DNA of 64,000 nt from Escherichia phage HK6. The notes beneath the pieces were generated by a model. The model was not told the DNA's origin. It did no database searches and worked only from the letters and a program-made list of their open reading frames with translations. Shown here piece after piece: positions 53,608-62,946 of the stretch (the first letter of the stretch is position 1; each line of letters begins with the position of its first letter). Position numbers and translations under genes: made by a program. Location of the stretch: the sequence record PP724615.1, one strand, 5' to 3'.

Positions 53608-54999
53608 TTAACCACCTGTTACAGTAATCTGTTTAGTGCCTTTAACTCCAGAACCATCTTTAGCAGTAGCTTCTACAGTTACTGCACCAGTTTTACTAGC
53701 ATGTGCTGTTAACAGTCCGGTTGCACTGATAGTAGCTGCATCACCGGCAGTGATAGCCCAAGTAACTTCCTTATTATTTGCGGAAGAAGGAGTAACTTCA
53801 ACACTCATCTGAAGAGTAGCCGAGTTGTTTACTGTAGTAGCATCACCGGCAGATTTAACAGTAATTGCGGTTACAGCATCAGTAGCACCATTACCATTAA
53901 CAATCAAGTTATTAATAGTTGTTTTGGTATATTTACTAGAGAAGCCTAAGTAACCTTCATCACCAGCATCCAGATCAGATGGAATAGCCTTAAACTCTAC
54001 TGAAGTACCAAGTACATCATCAGTTTCAATAGTAGGAATATTAACGTGGGCTTGTTTAGCTACTAGAATAGCTGCAGGACGTTCATCATCATACTCACCA
54101 CCAAGTACTAGAGCGATTTCGAAGCGGTTAACTACCTTCAGAGTTTTGATAAGATCTTTATACAGTTCCATAGAACCAAGAGATTTATCATTCAGATAAG
54201 CAGTTAATGAACCAGTTAATTCAAAAGCACCAGTAAAGGAACCAATTGGAATAGTGACACGGGACATTACATTAGGTGTTAAATAAGTAATGTTGTTGTT
54301 AATAGTAAAAGTACCACCGGTAATAGGTATGTCATAAGACTTATTGGTATCCATGTCCTTGATCTTCAAGATCGTTAGTTTGTTCTTAATATAAGAACCC
54401 TGGATAGTCATATAAGTTTCATCATCAATACCTAGTTGATCTGGATCAAATGGGGCGGAATCCAGAGGAATAAGCTGATTACCATTACCAGACCAAGTTA
54501 CACGGCCAATATCTTCAATATCAACGTTAACTTCTGCCTGATTAATCTGACAGGAATCGATATAACTCCATGCTTTATCAGTCAGAATATAAATATGTAA
54601 CATTGCTAACTCGTGATAAGAGTTATCTTTGAAGTTAACCATGAAGTTAGCTTCGTTATTGTGTGCCCCTGTATTACCTTCTAGATTAATAGCTTTACCA
54701 CTAGAAAGTGCATGCCATAACATATAGTCAGGAACAATTTGTTTGTTGGTAGTTTTATCTTTATACGGTAGGATGTAAGTAGAAAAACTCCACTCAGCTG
54801 CGTTTAAAGAGTCGTTAAAACGTTTAGAACCACGAGTTGGACGCGGACCAGCTTCATTAACAGTAATATCTGTTGAGTTACTGTCCTGACCCCAAGAAAT
54901 ATCATCCTGAACTAGAATCTCTTGCGTGTTGGTCTTATTATGACCAGTCTTAACCGTAGACACGAAGATTCGAGTATTACGTAATAGTTGTAAAGACAT
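53608..54999 (-). CDS. major tail tube protein pb6-like with C-terminal Ig-like (Big_2) domain
   Basis: 463 aa. C-terminal 'TVKSAGDATTVNNSATLQMSVEVTPSSANNKEVTWAI..ATISATGLLTA' is Big_2-like. Position matches. Confidence 0.7.
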   Translation of the reverse strand: MSLQLLRNTRIFVSTVKTGHNKTNTQEILVQDDISWGQDSNSTDITVNEAGPRPTRGSKRFNDSLNAAEWSFSTYILPYKDKTTNKQIVPDYMLWHALSSGKAINLEGNTGAHNNEANFMVNFKDNSYHELAMLHIYILTDKAWSYIDSCQINQAEVNVDIEDIGRVTWSGNGNQLIPLDSAPFDPDQLGIDDETYMTIQGSYIKNKLTILKIKDMDTNKSYDIPITGGTFTINNNITYLTPNVMSRVTIPIGSFTGAFELTGSLTAYLNDKSLGSMELYKDLIKTLKVVNRFEIALVLGGEYDDERPAAILVAKQAHVNIPTIETDDVLGTSVEFKAIPSDLDAGDEGYLGFSSKYTKTTINNLIVNGNGATDAVTAITVKSAGDATTVNNSATLQMSVEVTPSSANNKEVTWAITAGDAATISATGLLTAHASKTGAVTVEATAKDGSGVKGTKQITVTGG

Positions 55000-55025
55000 T
55001 TAATTATTTTCTCCTAATCTGTAAC

Positions 55026-55511
55026 TTATCTGCGAAGTGACCTACGTGGAGGCTGATACCTCACTGTTACATTTATTTCTGCTAAACCATATGGGGCCAG
55101 TAGACCCTCATCTGTACTAACTGATGTAATGATCATATCAGTTGCCTCACATGGGAAGGTCGATCCATTAGGTTTACTAACAGTATATTCTAAATTTCCA
55201 CCTGTGTCAATAACGGTTTTTATATCCGCTACGAGTTTTTCAAGTTGCTCTTGAATGTCTGTTTTCTCTTTATCGTACACCAGGATTGGAAGTTCTAAAA
55301 ACATCCACTGTTGGCCTGAAGGAAGATACTGCCCAGTTTCAGTTCCGATATGAACTGCCACATAAGGAAACTCTCGTATTTCCTCAAATTTATAAGTTTG
55401 ACGAGAAACGTTTCCGTATAGATTATTAAAATATTCGTCAGGTTGAGAACCATCCATTTGTTTAGAGATTCGGTCAACCATAGCTTGTGCAATACTTGTT
55501 CTATGATCCAT
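55026..55511 (-). CDS. tail terminator protein (p142-like)
   Basis: 161 aa, upstream of the tube gene. Confidence 0.45.
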   Translation of the reverse strand: MDHRTSIAQAMVDRISKQMDGSQPDEYFNNLYGNVSRQTYKFEEIREFPYVAVHIGTETGQYLPSGQQWMFLELPILVYDKEKTDIQEQLEKLVADIKTVIDTGGNLEYTVSKPNGSTFPCEATDMIITSVSTDEGLLAPYGLAEINVTVRYQPPRRSLRR

Positions 55512-55514
55512 TTA

Positions 55515-56282
55515 TTAGGTTCCTTGATTAACCTTAATTTTATATCTGGAGTGAATCAGGTCTCTTGCAGCTTTTGCTATAGCCTCACCAATAAGTTTTT
55601 GTGGGTTTCTAGCGCCAGGATAAGGTCGTAGAGATAATCTTCTGTATGTAGATACTGCCGGATTGAACACAGAATATGGACGAGTCATATAATTATATGT
55701 TACGTTCAATTCAGGAGAGCCTTTACTAGCTTCAGAATCACGAAGCATAACATCTTTAATTTTTAAAGAGTTTGCAAAGCGACCCGTTCTAAACTTTAAG
55801 GGTGCTCCCGCTTTTTTCATATCCTTTATTAAGTATTCTTTAGCAACTATCTCTAATATAATCTTCATATTGCTGTTAGACACAAAACGTCCAGAAGCAC
55901 CTGTTACTGCACCAGAGTATCCATCCTCAACATCACTAGGATCACCAAAGTTTACCTGCACTCTACCAGTAGAACGTTTTTTACCTACTGAGGATTTTTT
56001 ACCAGCAGTTGCTTGTATTAGATTCTCCAGAGCACCTAAATCTCCAGAAAGATCTAAACTAGAGGATACAGCTTTTAGTATAGAGGCTGTTCTAACATCA
56101 AGAAGATCTTGGGATACAGGTTTTGAAAACTTAAAAGATACTTGAGCAACAGTACCATCTCTGGTAGGATCTTTTAACCCTGTTTCAACAGAGTATACAA
56201 CAGTATTCTTATTATTTTCAGATCGGCCTGCAGTATCTAGCTGCTCTTTAATAATTTGTTTAGCTAGATCGGAAAGAGACAT
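55515..56282 (-). CDS. tail completion protein (p143-like)
   Basis: 255 aa. Synteny only. Confidence 0.4.
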   Translation of the reverse strand: MSLSDLAKQIIKEQLDTAGRSENNKNTVVYSVETGLKDPTRDGTVAQVSFKFSKPVSQDLLDVRTASILKAVSSSLDLSGDLGALENLIQATAGKKSSVGKKRSTGRVQVNFGDPSDVEDGYSGAVTGASGRFVSNSNMKIILEIVAKEYLIKDMKKAGAPLKFRTGRFANSLKIKDVMLRDSEASKGSPELNVTYNYMTRPYSVFNPAVSTYRRLSLRPYPGARNPQKLIGEAIAKAARDLIHSRYKIKVNQGT

Positions 56283-56794
56283 TATACTCTCCTATATACT
56301 TCAATAATAGTACGAATATGCTCTGGAATACCAGACTTAGTGCTATTGAAGGTTACTGTTTCACCACCAATTGTTTTAGCTTGGCGATAATCTTGTTTGT
56401 GCCAATGATCTACTAGCATACATGCTGCAAGTTTGAGATCTTCAGGTATTGGATTGAATCCACCTTGTGTATATGCTACGTCCATATAACCTTCTGGAGG
56501 ATTAAATTTGAGAAGGATAATACCGTCAGAGTATAGCTTATACTGCTCTGGGTCAATCTCATTATCGTTAATCGTCACTTTAGTTACGGAGGTAGCAGAT
56601 GGTGAGCTCAGAAAATATTTCCTACGTGTAGGTTTTGTATTGATTAACTGGTCTACCGCATCAGCATCATCCATGCCTAGAAGGCTCGTGATCAGCGCAT
56701 TGGCAGCAGTAATCATCATTTCTACACCAGATTCTAATTCAGGTCGTTTTAAACCACCATATAATCTATAATCTTCGGCTGTGATGATTTGCAT
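56282..56794 (-). CDS. head completion/connector protein (p144-like)
   Basis: 170 aa, immediately downstream of the capsid gene. Confidence 0.4.
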   Translation of the reverse strand: MQIITAEDYRLYGGLKRPELESGVEMMITAANALITSLLGMDDADAVDQLINTKPTRRKYFLSSPSATSVTKVTINDNEIDPEQYKLYSDGIILLKFNPPEGYMDVAYTQGGFNPIPEDLKLAACMLVDHWHKQDYRQAKTIGGETVTFNSTKSGIPEHIRTIIEVYRRV

Positions 56795-56853
56795 TTATTT
56801 TTCCCAATAAAAAAGGAGAGCCGAAGCTCTCCTTATCGGCTGAAAAGCCTGTA

Positions 56854-58230
56854 TTAAGATGCAGCGTAAGCACCAGATACAACGCCATTATTAAAGTAAC
56901 GTTGCAGGTTAACACGCTGAGTAACGTAGTACGCATCACGCTGTTTACCAGCTTGGCGCTCACGTTCAACAGTAACAGCACGCTGACGCGGCATTACGAA
57001 GTTATCTTTATAAACAATAACTGCGAACTCTGCAGAGTTAGCTTTAGCCGGGAAGAACTCAGAAACTACAACCGGCAAACCGTAAATACGACCAACCTGA
57101 CCTTGCAGTTTAACAGCATCATTACCAACCTGGGCAACATCCTGCCATTCTTCATCTTCCAGCAAATCGTAATAAGCATCCATAGATACGATCAGTACCA
57201 GTTTGCTCAGTTTCAGACCATGACGGCCCAGTTTACGACGCAGTTTAGAGATAGTTTTAGCAGTTACCAGAACAGAACCATCAGCTTTAGCTTCAGTAAT
57301 AACTTTAGCACTATCGCCTTCAGCCAGTTTCAGCAGACCCTTAGGCTTACCAGTACCGTCACCCGTCATAAACGCTTCTTCGATAGAAACAGCGTGTGCT
57401 TCAATCAGACGCTTACGCAGCAGAGGTAGCAGGGAGAAGATTGCATCTTCTTCAGTTTCATCAGTAATGAAGGACTTAGCAGCCAGTTTATAGGTTTTGA
57501 ACTGAATTTCAGTCAGAGCACCTTTAACTTCGTCACCAGTAGTAGTGTCAGTACCATATGCACTAGCATCTACCCAAGTAGCTTTACCAGCATCTGGTTC
57601 AACCAACATAGTAAGAATTTTGCTAGACATTGGCAGTTCTTCAAACAGAGCACCAACTACTAGTTCTTTCTGCAGGTCACGAATAATACGCTGGGAGAAA
57701 ATAGTTTCATAGCTTTCACTAGAAACTTCTACTGAAGAGGACTGGTTTACAGCTTTCAGGTGTCTCTGGCCATGTTCGGTATCAAATACACCTTTTTCCA
57801 TCACATAAGACAGAAGAACCAGTTTTTCAACTTCATCTTCAAAGTTTTCCTGAGTACCGTACAGTGCTTTAGCTACGCTATCACCAACGAAGGAACGACC
57901 TTCACGAGCTGCTAGCAGAGATTTAATTTCATCCTGGAGACCAACAATAGTTTCCTGCTGTTTTTCTACAGTCTGTGCAAACAGTTCTGCGCTCTTTTTA
58001 GATTTTTCATCCAGGGACTTAACCAGTTCCAGAGCTTGTTCCAGTTTCTGACGATCTTCGCCAACTGCTTTAGAAACCAGATCATTCATACGAGCCAGTT
58101 CTTTTTCTTCCTGCTCTTTACGCATACGTTCAGCTTCAGCAGCTTTCTGAGCAGCGGTCAGACCTTCCAGAGATTTAGCCAGATCACCCAGACCAAGTTC
58201 TTCTTTCAGCTTATTAATATCAATAGTCAT
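56854..58230 (-). CDS. major capsid protein pb8-like with N-terminal scaffolding delta-domain
   Basis: 458 aa, the same length as T5 pb8. N-terminal ~150 aa are coiled-coil (KLKEELGLG..., EKQQETIVGLQDEIKSL), followed by an HK97-like body. Confidence 0.8.
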   Translation of the reverse strand: MTIDINKLKEELGLGDLAKSLEGLTAAQKAAEAERMRKEQEEKELARMNDLVSKAVGEDRQKLEQALELVKSLDEKSKKSAELFAQTVEKQQETIVGLQDEIKSLLAAREGRSFVGDSVAKALYGTQENFEDEVEKLVLLSYVMEKGVFDTEHGQRHLKAVNQSSSVEVSSESYETIFSQRIIRDLQKELVVGALFEELPMSSKILTMLVEPDAGKATWVDASAYGTDTTTGDEVKGALTEIQFKTYKLAAKSFITDETEEDAIFSLLPLLRKRLIEAHAVSIEEAFMTGDGTGKPKGLLKLAEGDSAKVITEAKADGSVLVTAKTISKLRRKLGRHGLKLSKLVLIVSMDAYYDLLEDEEWQDVAQVGNDAVKLQGQVGRIYGLPVVVSEFFPAKANSAEFAVIVYKDNFVMPRQRAVTVERERQAGKQRDAYYVTQRVNLQRYFNNGVVSGAYAAS

Positions 58231-58247
58231 TTTTAAATAATTCTCCG

Positions 58248-58880
58248 TTATTCTTTAACGTAGCCTAAAGCTATCGCAAGTTTTTCTAGTTCAGAAAGAT
58301 TACGTTCTTGAGCTGGGACAGCTTTAGAACTTATTGCAGTAAAAGATTTACGCCATTCAGTATAATCATGACCATTCATGCTCTTAGCGAGATTGAATGT
58401 CGAGTCCTGATTACAAGGTACAGAAACTACCGAAACTTCGTATAGTTCTAAATCTTTAATAATAAATATATCAGTAGCTTCATCCCACTCTGCATCTAGG
58501 CAGCGGAATCCGATACTAAAAGTTTTCAGTACACCGTTTTTAATTAGTGAAAAGATAGCTGGATCAGAACTTTCATAGATCTCGCATTCGATTTCGAGAC
58601 CCATTTCAGTAGGGTTAAGATCAATACACTTGCCTATTGGACGACGATGGTCATGTCCGAAAAGAATAATCGGGTTTTTCATGTAGTTGGCAAGTGCATT
58701 AGATGTTTTCCATGCGGAGGCAGGAATTACATCCCCAGCGCGATCCTTACTAATTGTATTAGCGAATCCACGGATTTTTACAACACCCTCTCTGGATTCA
58801 CTATCAATAGATTTAATATAAGCATCTAAATGAACCGGTGCTGATTTTAACTTGTTATAGTCAATAGCAGCTTGTGTCAT
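58248..58880 (-). CDS. prohead protease pb11-like
   Basis: 210 aa, between the decoration and capsid genes. Confidence 0.55.
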   Translation of the reverse strand: MTQAAIDYNKLKSAPVHLDAYIKSIDSESREGVVKIRGFANTISKDRAGDVIPASAWKTSNALANYMKNPIILFGHDHRRPIGKCIDLNPTEMGLEIECEIYESSDPAIFSLIKNGVLKTFSIGFRCLDAEWDEATDIFIIKDLELYEVSVVSVPCNQDSTFNLAKSMNGHDYTEWRKSFTAISSKAVPAQERNLSELEKLAIALGYVKE

Positions 58881-58883
58881 TTA

Positions 58884-59372
58884 TTAGCCTCCAACACCAG
58901 GTGCAGTTGGGGTAGCTTTTACTGCCGCAGACTTAGGAGATTCTCCCGCCCCATTAACAGCTACTGCCTGGAAAGTATACTCTTTTGCTTCTAAGGTAGA
59001 AATAGTACCTGTTTTAGAAGACCCAGAATTATAGGTTTTTGGAGTAGTTCCATCAGTATAGTATACTTTATACTGGGTGATTGGTGAGCCGGTATTAGTA
59101 CCATCAGTAATTGTATAAGTTACTGAATTTTCACCTGGAGTTACCTGCAACGTAGGGGCTCCAGGGACAACGTCTACTGGACCAGCCTTACCATAAGCCT
59201 CTACAAATTTCTTCCATACTTTGCGGTTAGTATGCGCAGATGAAAGTCCTAGTTCTCTACGCAGAAAAGCATAGCTAGGAACATATTTATGCGCGGCAAC
59301 CGTAGCAAAGAAGATATGAGATTCTGGCAGTTTTTCACCAAAAATGGTCTTTAGACCACTATAATCAATCAT
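58884..59372 (-). CDS. head decoration protein pb10-like (Ig/FN3-like C-terminal domain)
   Basis: 162 aa. C-terminal 'PGAPTLQVTPGENSVTYTITDG...YKVYYTDG' is an FN3/Ig-like beta domain. Confidence 0.55.
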   Translation of the reverse strand: MIDYSGLKTIFGEKLPESHIFFATVAAHKYVPSYAFLRRELGLSSAHTNRKVWKKFVEAYGKAGPVDVVPGAPTLQVTPGENSVTYTITDGTNTGSPITQYKVYYTDGTTPKTYNSGSSKTGTISTLEAKEYTFQAVAVNGAGESPKSAAVKATPTAPGVGG

Positions 59373-60586
59373 TCTTTATCTCCCTCGGTGGAACCTTGAG
59401 GTCTACCACCTTCTTGACCGGATACACCTGTTGCAGAACCAGCAACGTTGGCAGGAATACGAATCTTATTCATCTGCTCATCATCTAAAGGTTCAAGGTT
59501 TAGCTCTACACGAGCTTCGTTACCAGTCATAATACCATTATTAACCAATGAGGTTAAATGTTTAGCCTCAGCTTCTTTATCTGGTGTTAATGCAGCTACT
59601 TCCTTAGTATTAGGAGTAATCTTATAACCAAAAAAGAAAGTAAGAGAACTAGTCAGTTTGTTCAGCATAGGGATGATAGTCATGTAATAGAACAGTTCGA
59701 TATTTGGTCGAATGTTCGCATTATTACCACCATCAAGTAGCACCTGCGGAACACCAAAGGCTAGACAGATAGATTTATTAAATCCTTCTATGTCTTCCTT
59801 AAAGTCTAGATCTTTAAAAGAGGATATTTGGGAGTACGGTTTAGCTTTCATACCACCATCTAGAATCAGGACAGAGGACTGACCAGTACTAGGATTATAA
59901 TCTAGTTGTAATTCTTCTTGTTTACGCTCACGCAATTTCTTGTTCAGGATTTCATCCGTCTCAAGAATAAGACCAATCACGGTTCCGTTATCTAGGAACT
60001 TCTCTTTAAAGTTAAGCATCTTAGAACGCTTCTCAAGAGAATCAATAACAGTAGCAACACGAGATTGTCCAGAAATTTGAGAATTTGTGCCACACACGTA
60101 ACTGTTATCCTTTATAAAGATAATCTCATCTACGCGATAGTCTATCTGATTATTAAATATAAATTTTTTGATAAACTTATTGGCATCTGCCTCTACTTGC
60201 ATTAGTGCAGCAGGGACATGGTAAAGTGCTGTGCCATCCCAATAGATGTATGCACAACCTTCAAAAAGTAGGTCAGTGACTACAAGTCTACGGAATGTGC
60301 TTATATCCATGAATGGATTAGGTCGTACATTTAAGAGAGTGTCTAGAGTCTTTGTCTTGATGCCATTGGCATACGTGACAATATTATATTTATCTCCGAC
60401 AGTATAAGAACACTCCGCCGCACTATCTATAACCATATTAGCAGTTCTATTGAGAATCTCAATTTTACTGTAGGCTTGTCCAGTGGTAAAAGGCTTACGG
60501 TTAGTGCGATGACTAACTGGTTCCATGTCTCTTATAATACGTTGACCCGGATTTAGCTTTTCAGTAATCCAGCTTTTAAAACCCAT
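59369..60586 (-). CDS. portal protein pb7-like
   Basis: 405 aa, directly downstream of the terminase/HNH genes. Confidence 0.65.
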   Translation of the reverse strand: MGFKSWITEKLNPGQRIIRDMEPVSHRTNRKPFTTGQAYSKIEILNRTANMVIDSAAECSYTVGDKYNIVTYANGIKTKTLDTLLNVRPNPFMDISTFRRLVVTDLLFEGCAYIYWDGTALYHVPAALMQVEADANKFIKKFIFNNQIDYRVDEIIFIKDNSYVCGTNSQISGQSRVATVIDSLEKRSKMLNFKEKFLDNGTVIGLILETDEILNKKLRERKQEELQLDYNPSTGQSSVLILDGGMKAKPYSQISSFKDLDFKEDIEGFNKSICLAFGVPQVLLDGGNNANIRPNIELFYYMTIIPMLNKLTSSLTFFFGYKITPNTKEVAALTPDKEAEAKHLTSLVNNGIMTGNEARVELNLEPLDDEQMNKIRIPANVAGSATGVSGQEGGRPQGSTEGDKE

Positions 60587-61023
60587 TATAAGAACCTTGC
60601 GAATCCTGATTTTGTTTCAGTCTTGACTTGTGTCTTTTCTTGAGGATTCTGTAATTTGTCTTTCTGCTTTTGAACCCACACTTTTTGCTTATTAGCAGAA
60701 AATAAAGGAGGTTCTTTTGTGTAAACCTTATGTAATAATTGGTGATGGTGTACACAAAGGGTAACAGTGTCTTCTACTAGCTCATGCCTATATCGATCAT
60801 AGAATGCCGTCCTATTTGAAAGGACTATTTCTTCGTCAGTGAAATCCAATTGGAGTTCTTTAGCAAATTTTTTAACTAGTAGAGACACCGTATGGTAATG
60901 ATGAAGCTCTAATTCTTCAGCACAACCGCAGATAGCACATTGAGAGTCTTTTTTATATTGACTTTTTATTCCGTCTCTCATAAGGGATATAGCATCGCGT
61001 TTATATTTTACATTGCTTGCCAT
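60586..61023 (-). CDS. HNH endonuclease (terminase-associated)
   Basis: 'CAICGC...ELHHYH...LCVHHHQLLH' Zn-HNH motifs. Start at 'MASNVKY' with a GAGGAGAACACT-ATG RBS. The track start at 61110 has no RBS. Confidence 0.7.
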   Translation of the reverse strand: MASNVKYKRDAISLMRDGIKSQYKKDSQCAICGCAEELELHHYHTVSLLVKKFAKELQLDFTDEEIVLSNRTAFYDRYRHELVEDTVTLCVHHHQLLHKVYTKEPPLFSANKQKVWVQKQKDKLQNPQEKTQVKTETKSGFARFL

Positions 61024-61137
61024 AGTGTTCTCCTCAACTGTATGAATATAGTATACATAATCGTATCGAATTTGTAAAGGGGATTTTAAAATGCAGGAAT
61101 GGGATACCAACTGAGTAGTATCCCATCCTATACTTAT

Positions 61138-62454
61138 TTATTTACCACGGGAAATAGAGTAAATTCCGTAGCGCAGCGCATCACAAAGGTGAGAGTTAGC
61201 ATCATGACGTGGTTTTTCACGTGATAATTTCTCTTCGCCTTCTTGGAAATCCCACTTATAGTTCTGCAATGCATGGATTAATGAGGAACATGAAGCATCT
61301 ACAATAATCTTATCCTGCTGGAATAGTGCTTGCAAGCATGCTAGACCGTCTAGGACAGACTTTTTAGCTGGAGCTGATGCAATTTCATGTTCATAAGCTA
61401 AGTCCTGACGGAACTGGGCAGCCGCGGAGTCAACGAAGATACGATCTACGTTATAACGATCTATACAGTGCTGAATATACGCAGCATGTTGGGCTGTGGT
61501 TTTCTCCGCCTGCTGGTATTCTTCTAGTACATAGTAAGTATCCGTATCGTAATGATATTTAATAGTAAGAACTGCTGTAGGATCACGATAACCAACGTCA
61601 ATACCGAGCAACGTTTCGAAGGCTTCATCATCTTTAAAGAAGTGACGCATACCTTTGAGGTCTTTAACATGATCTATAGCATTAAAGGTATCAAAGATCT
61701 GACCTTCGAATACAGAGAAGTCAGCCTCGTATTCTTGGCGGAAGTAGTTTTTACTAACAGTACGACGTGCTTCCTCGATATCATTCAGGTCAGCACGTGG
61801 ATTATCACGATATGTACCATGAATAGATACCCAGTTAGGCAACGTATCATCAAACCCATAGGCATAAAACTCTTTAAACCAGTTACCGCCACGAGGAGTA
61901 GAGATAAACAGAGCCTTAGAATTAGGTTTATCTAGGGTAGGACGCAACTGAACCCTGAAGGCATCACCACCTACATCGGAAATTGCCGCCTCATCAAAGA
62001 TGATAAAGTCATATGAACGTCCAACTGCGGAGTCAGCCTGAGCTGCAGAAGCTAGTTTAAACAGTGAGCCGTTTGCCAGCTCAATTTCTTTATCTTTAGC
62101 ATTCTCACGTTCAGTTTGTAGGCCGTACTTTTTAATAAGACCACGAATCTGAGACCACCCGATGTTGGCCAGTGAGTAGTTAGGGGCAACTACTAATACC
62201 TTCACATTAGGTTCCAGCAATTTTAGGAACCCAAGGGTATACGCGATGAAGGATTTACCTACACGGCGTGATACACACGCCGTTACAAAACGATGTCTAG
62301 GATCCTCTAAAGCATTGATAATCGCTATTTGAGGACCATTAGGTGTAATGCCTTCTTGCGCTAATATTCCAGAAACAGGTAGACGAAAGAAACGTTTATC
62401 TATTCCGAAATCAATAACATCTACTGTGTTAACGTAGGGTCTTGATACTTCCAT
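61138..62454 (-). CDS. terminase large subunit
   Basis: 438 aa. Walker A-like 'CVSRRVGKS', Walker B 'FIIFDEAA', and a C-terminal RNase-H-like nuclease with conserved acidic residues. Confidence 0.8.
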   Translation of the reverse strand: MEVSRPYVNTVDVIDFGIDKRFFRLPVSGILAQEGITPNGPQIAIINALEDPRHRFVTACVSRRVGKSFIAYTLGFLKLLEPNVKVLVVAPNYSLANIGWSQIRGLIKKYGLQTERENAKDKEIELANGSLFKLASAAQADSAVGRSYDFIIFDEAAISDVGGDAFRVQLRPTLDKPNSKALFISTPRGGNWFKEFYAYGFDDTLPNWVSIHGTYRDNPRADLNDIEEARRTVSKNYFRQEYEADFSVFEGQIFDTFNAIDHVKDLKGMRHFFKDDEAFETLLGIDVGYRDPTAVLTIKYHYDTDTYYVLEEYQQAEKTTAQHAAYIQHCIDRYNVDRIFVDSAAAQFRQDLAYEHEIASAPAKKSVLDGLACLQALFQQDKIIVDASCSSLIHALQNYKWDFQEGEEKLSREKPRHDANSHLCDALRYGIYSISRGK

Positions 62455-62936
62455 TACTTTTTACCTCCAGTAGCTAGGGAAGTAATTAAGTCCATGTAGT
62501 TTTGATCCCCAGCTCCAGCAATAATGTTATTCTGGATATTGGTCTGATTAGCAGGAGCACGGACGGCAGCTTTAGCTTTTTCTAGCTCCACCATCATTTT
62601 CATTTCCTCCATTTTCATCTTATGTGCCTTCCAGAGAATATCCATAATATCTTGGTCAGAACCCATGCCAGTTTCTTCTAGTTCCTCCAGCTTACGTTTA
62701 ATAACTTCATCTAGAACACCGAACAAACGATCTCTGTTACGGAAACCACTCTCCATAAAAATATCATTTAAGTAATTCTTAACTTCACTACGATTCATAA
62801 TATCTCGAAAAGCAATTTCGGACATTCCAAGACTACGTGCGGCAGAAGGCACATCGCTGCCGCACTGTAAATAAGCTTCAATCACATCCATCCCTTCAGG
62901 GGACATAAGATCTGGTACTAATACATCATTTGCCAT
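62454..62936 (-). CDS. terminase small subunit, putative (HTH)
   Basis: 160 aa, ATGA-coupled to the large subunit. N-terminal HTH '[19 protein letters not shown]'. Confidence 0.5.
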   Translation of the reverse strand: MANDVLVPDLMSPEGMDVIEAYLQCGSDVPSAARSLGMSEIAFRDIMNRSEVKNYLNDIFMESGFRNRDRLFGVLDEVIKRKLEELEETGMGSDQDIMDILWKAHKMKMEEMKMMVELEKAKAAVRAPANQTNIQNNIIAGAGDQNYMDLITSLATGGKK

Positions 62937-62946
62937 ATTTCCTCCT

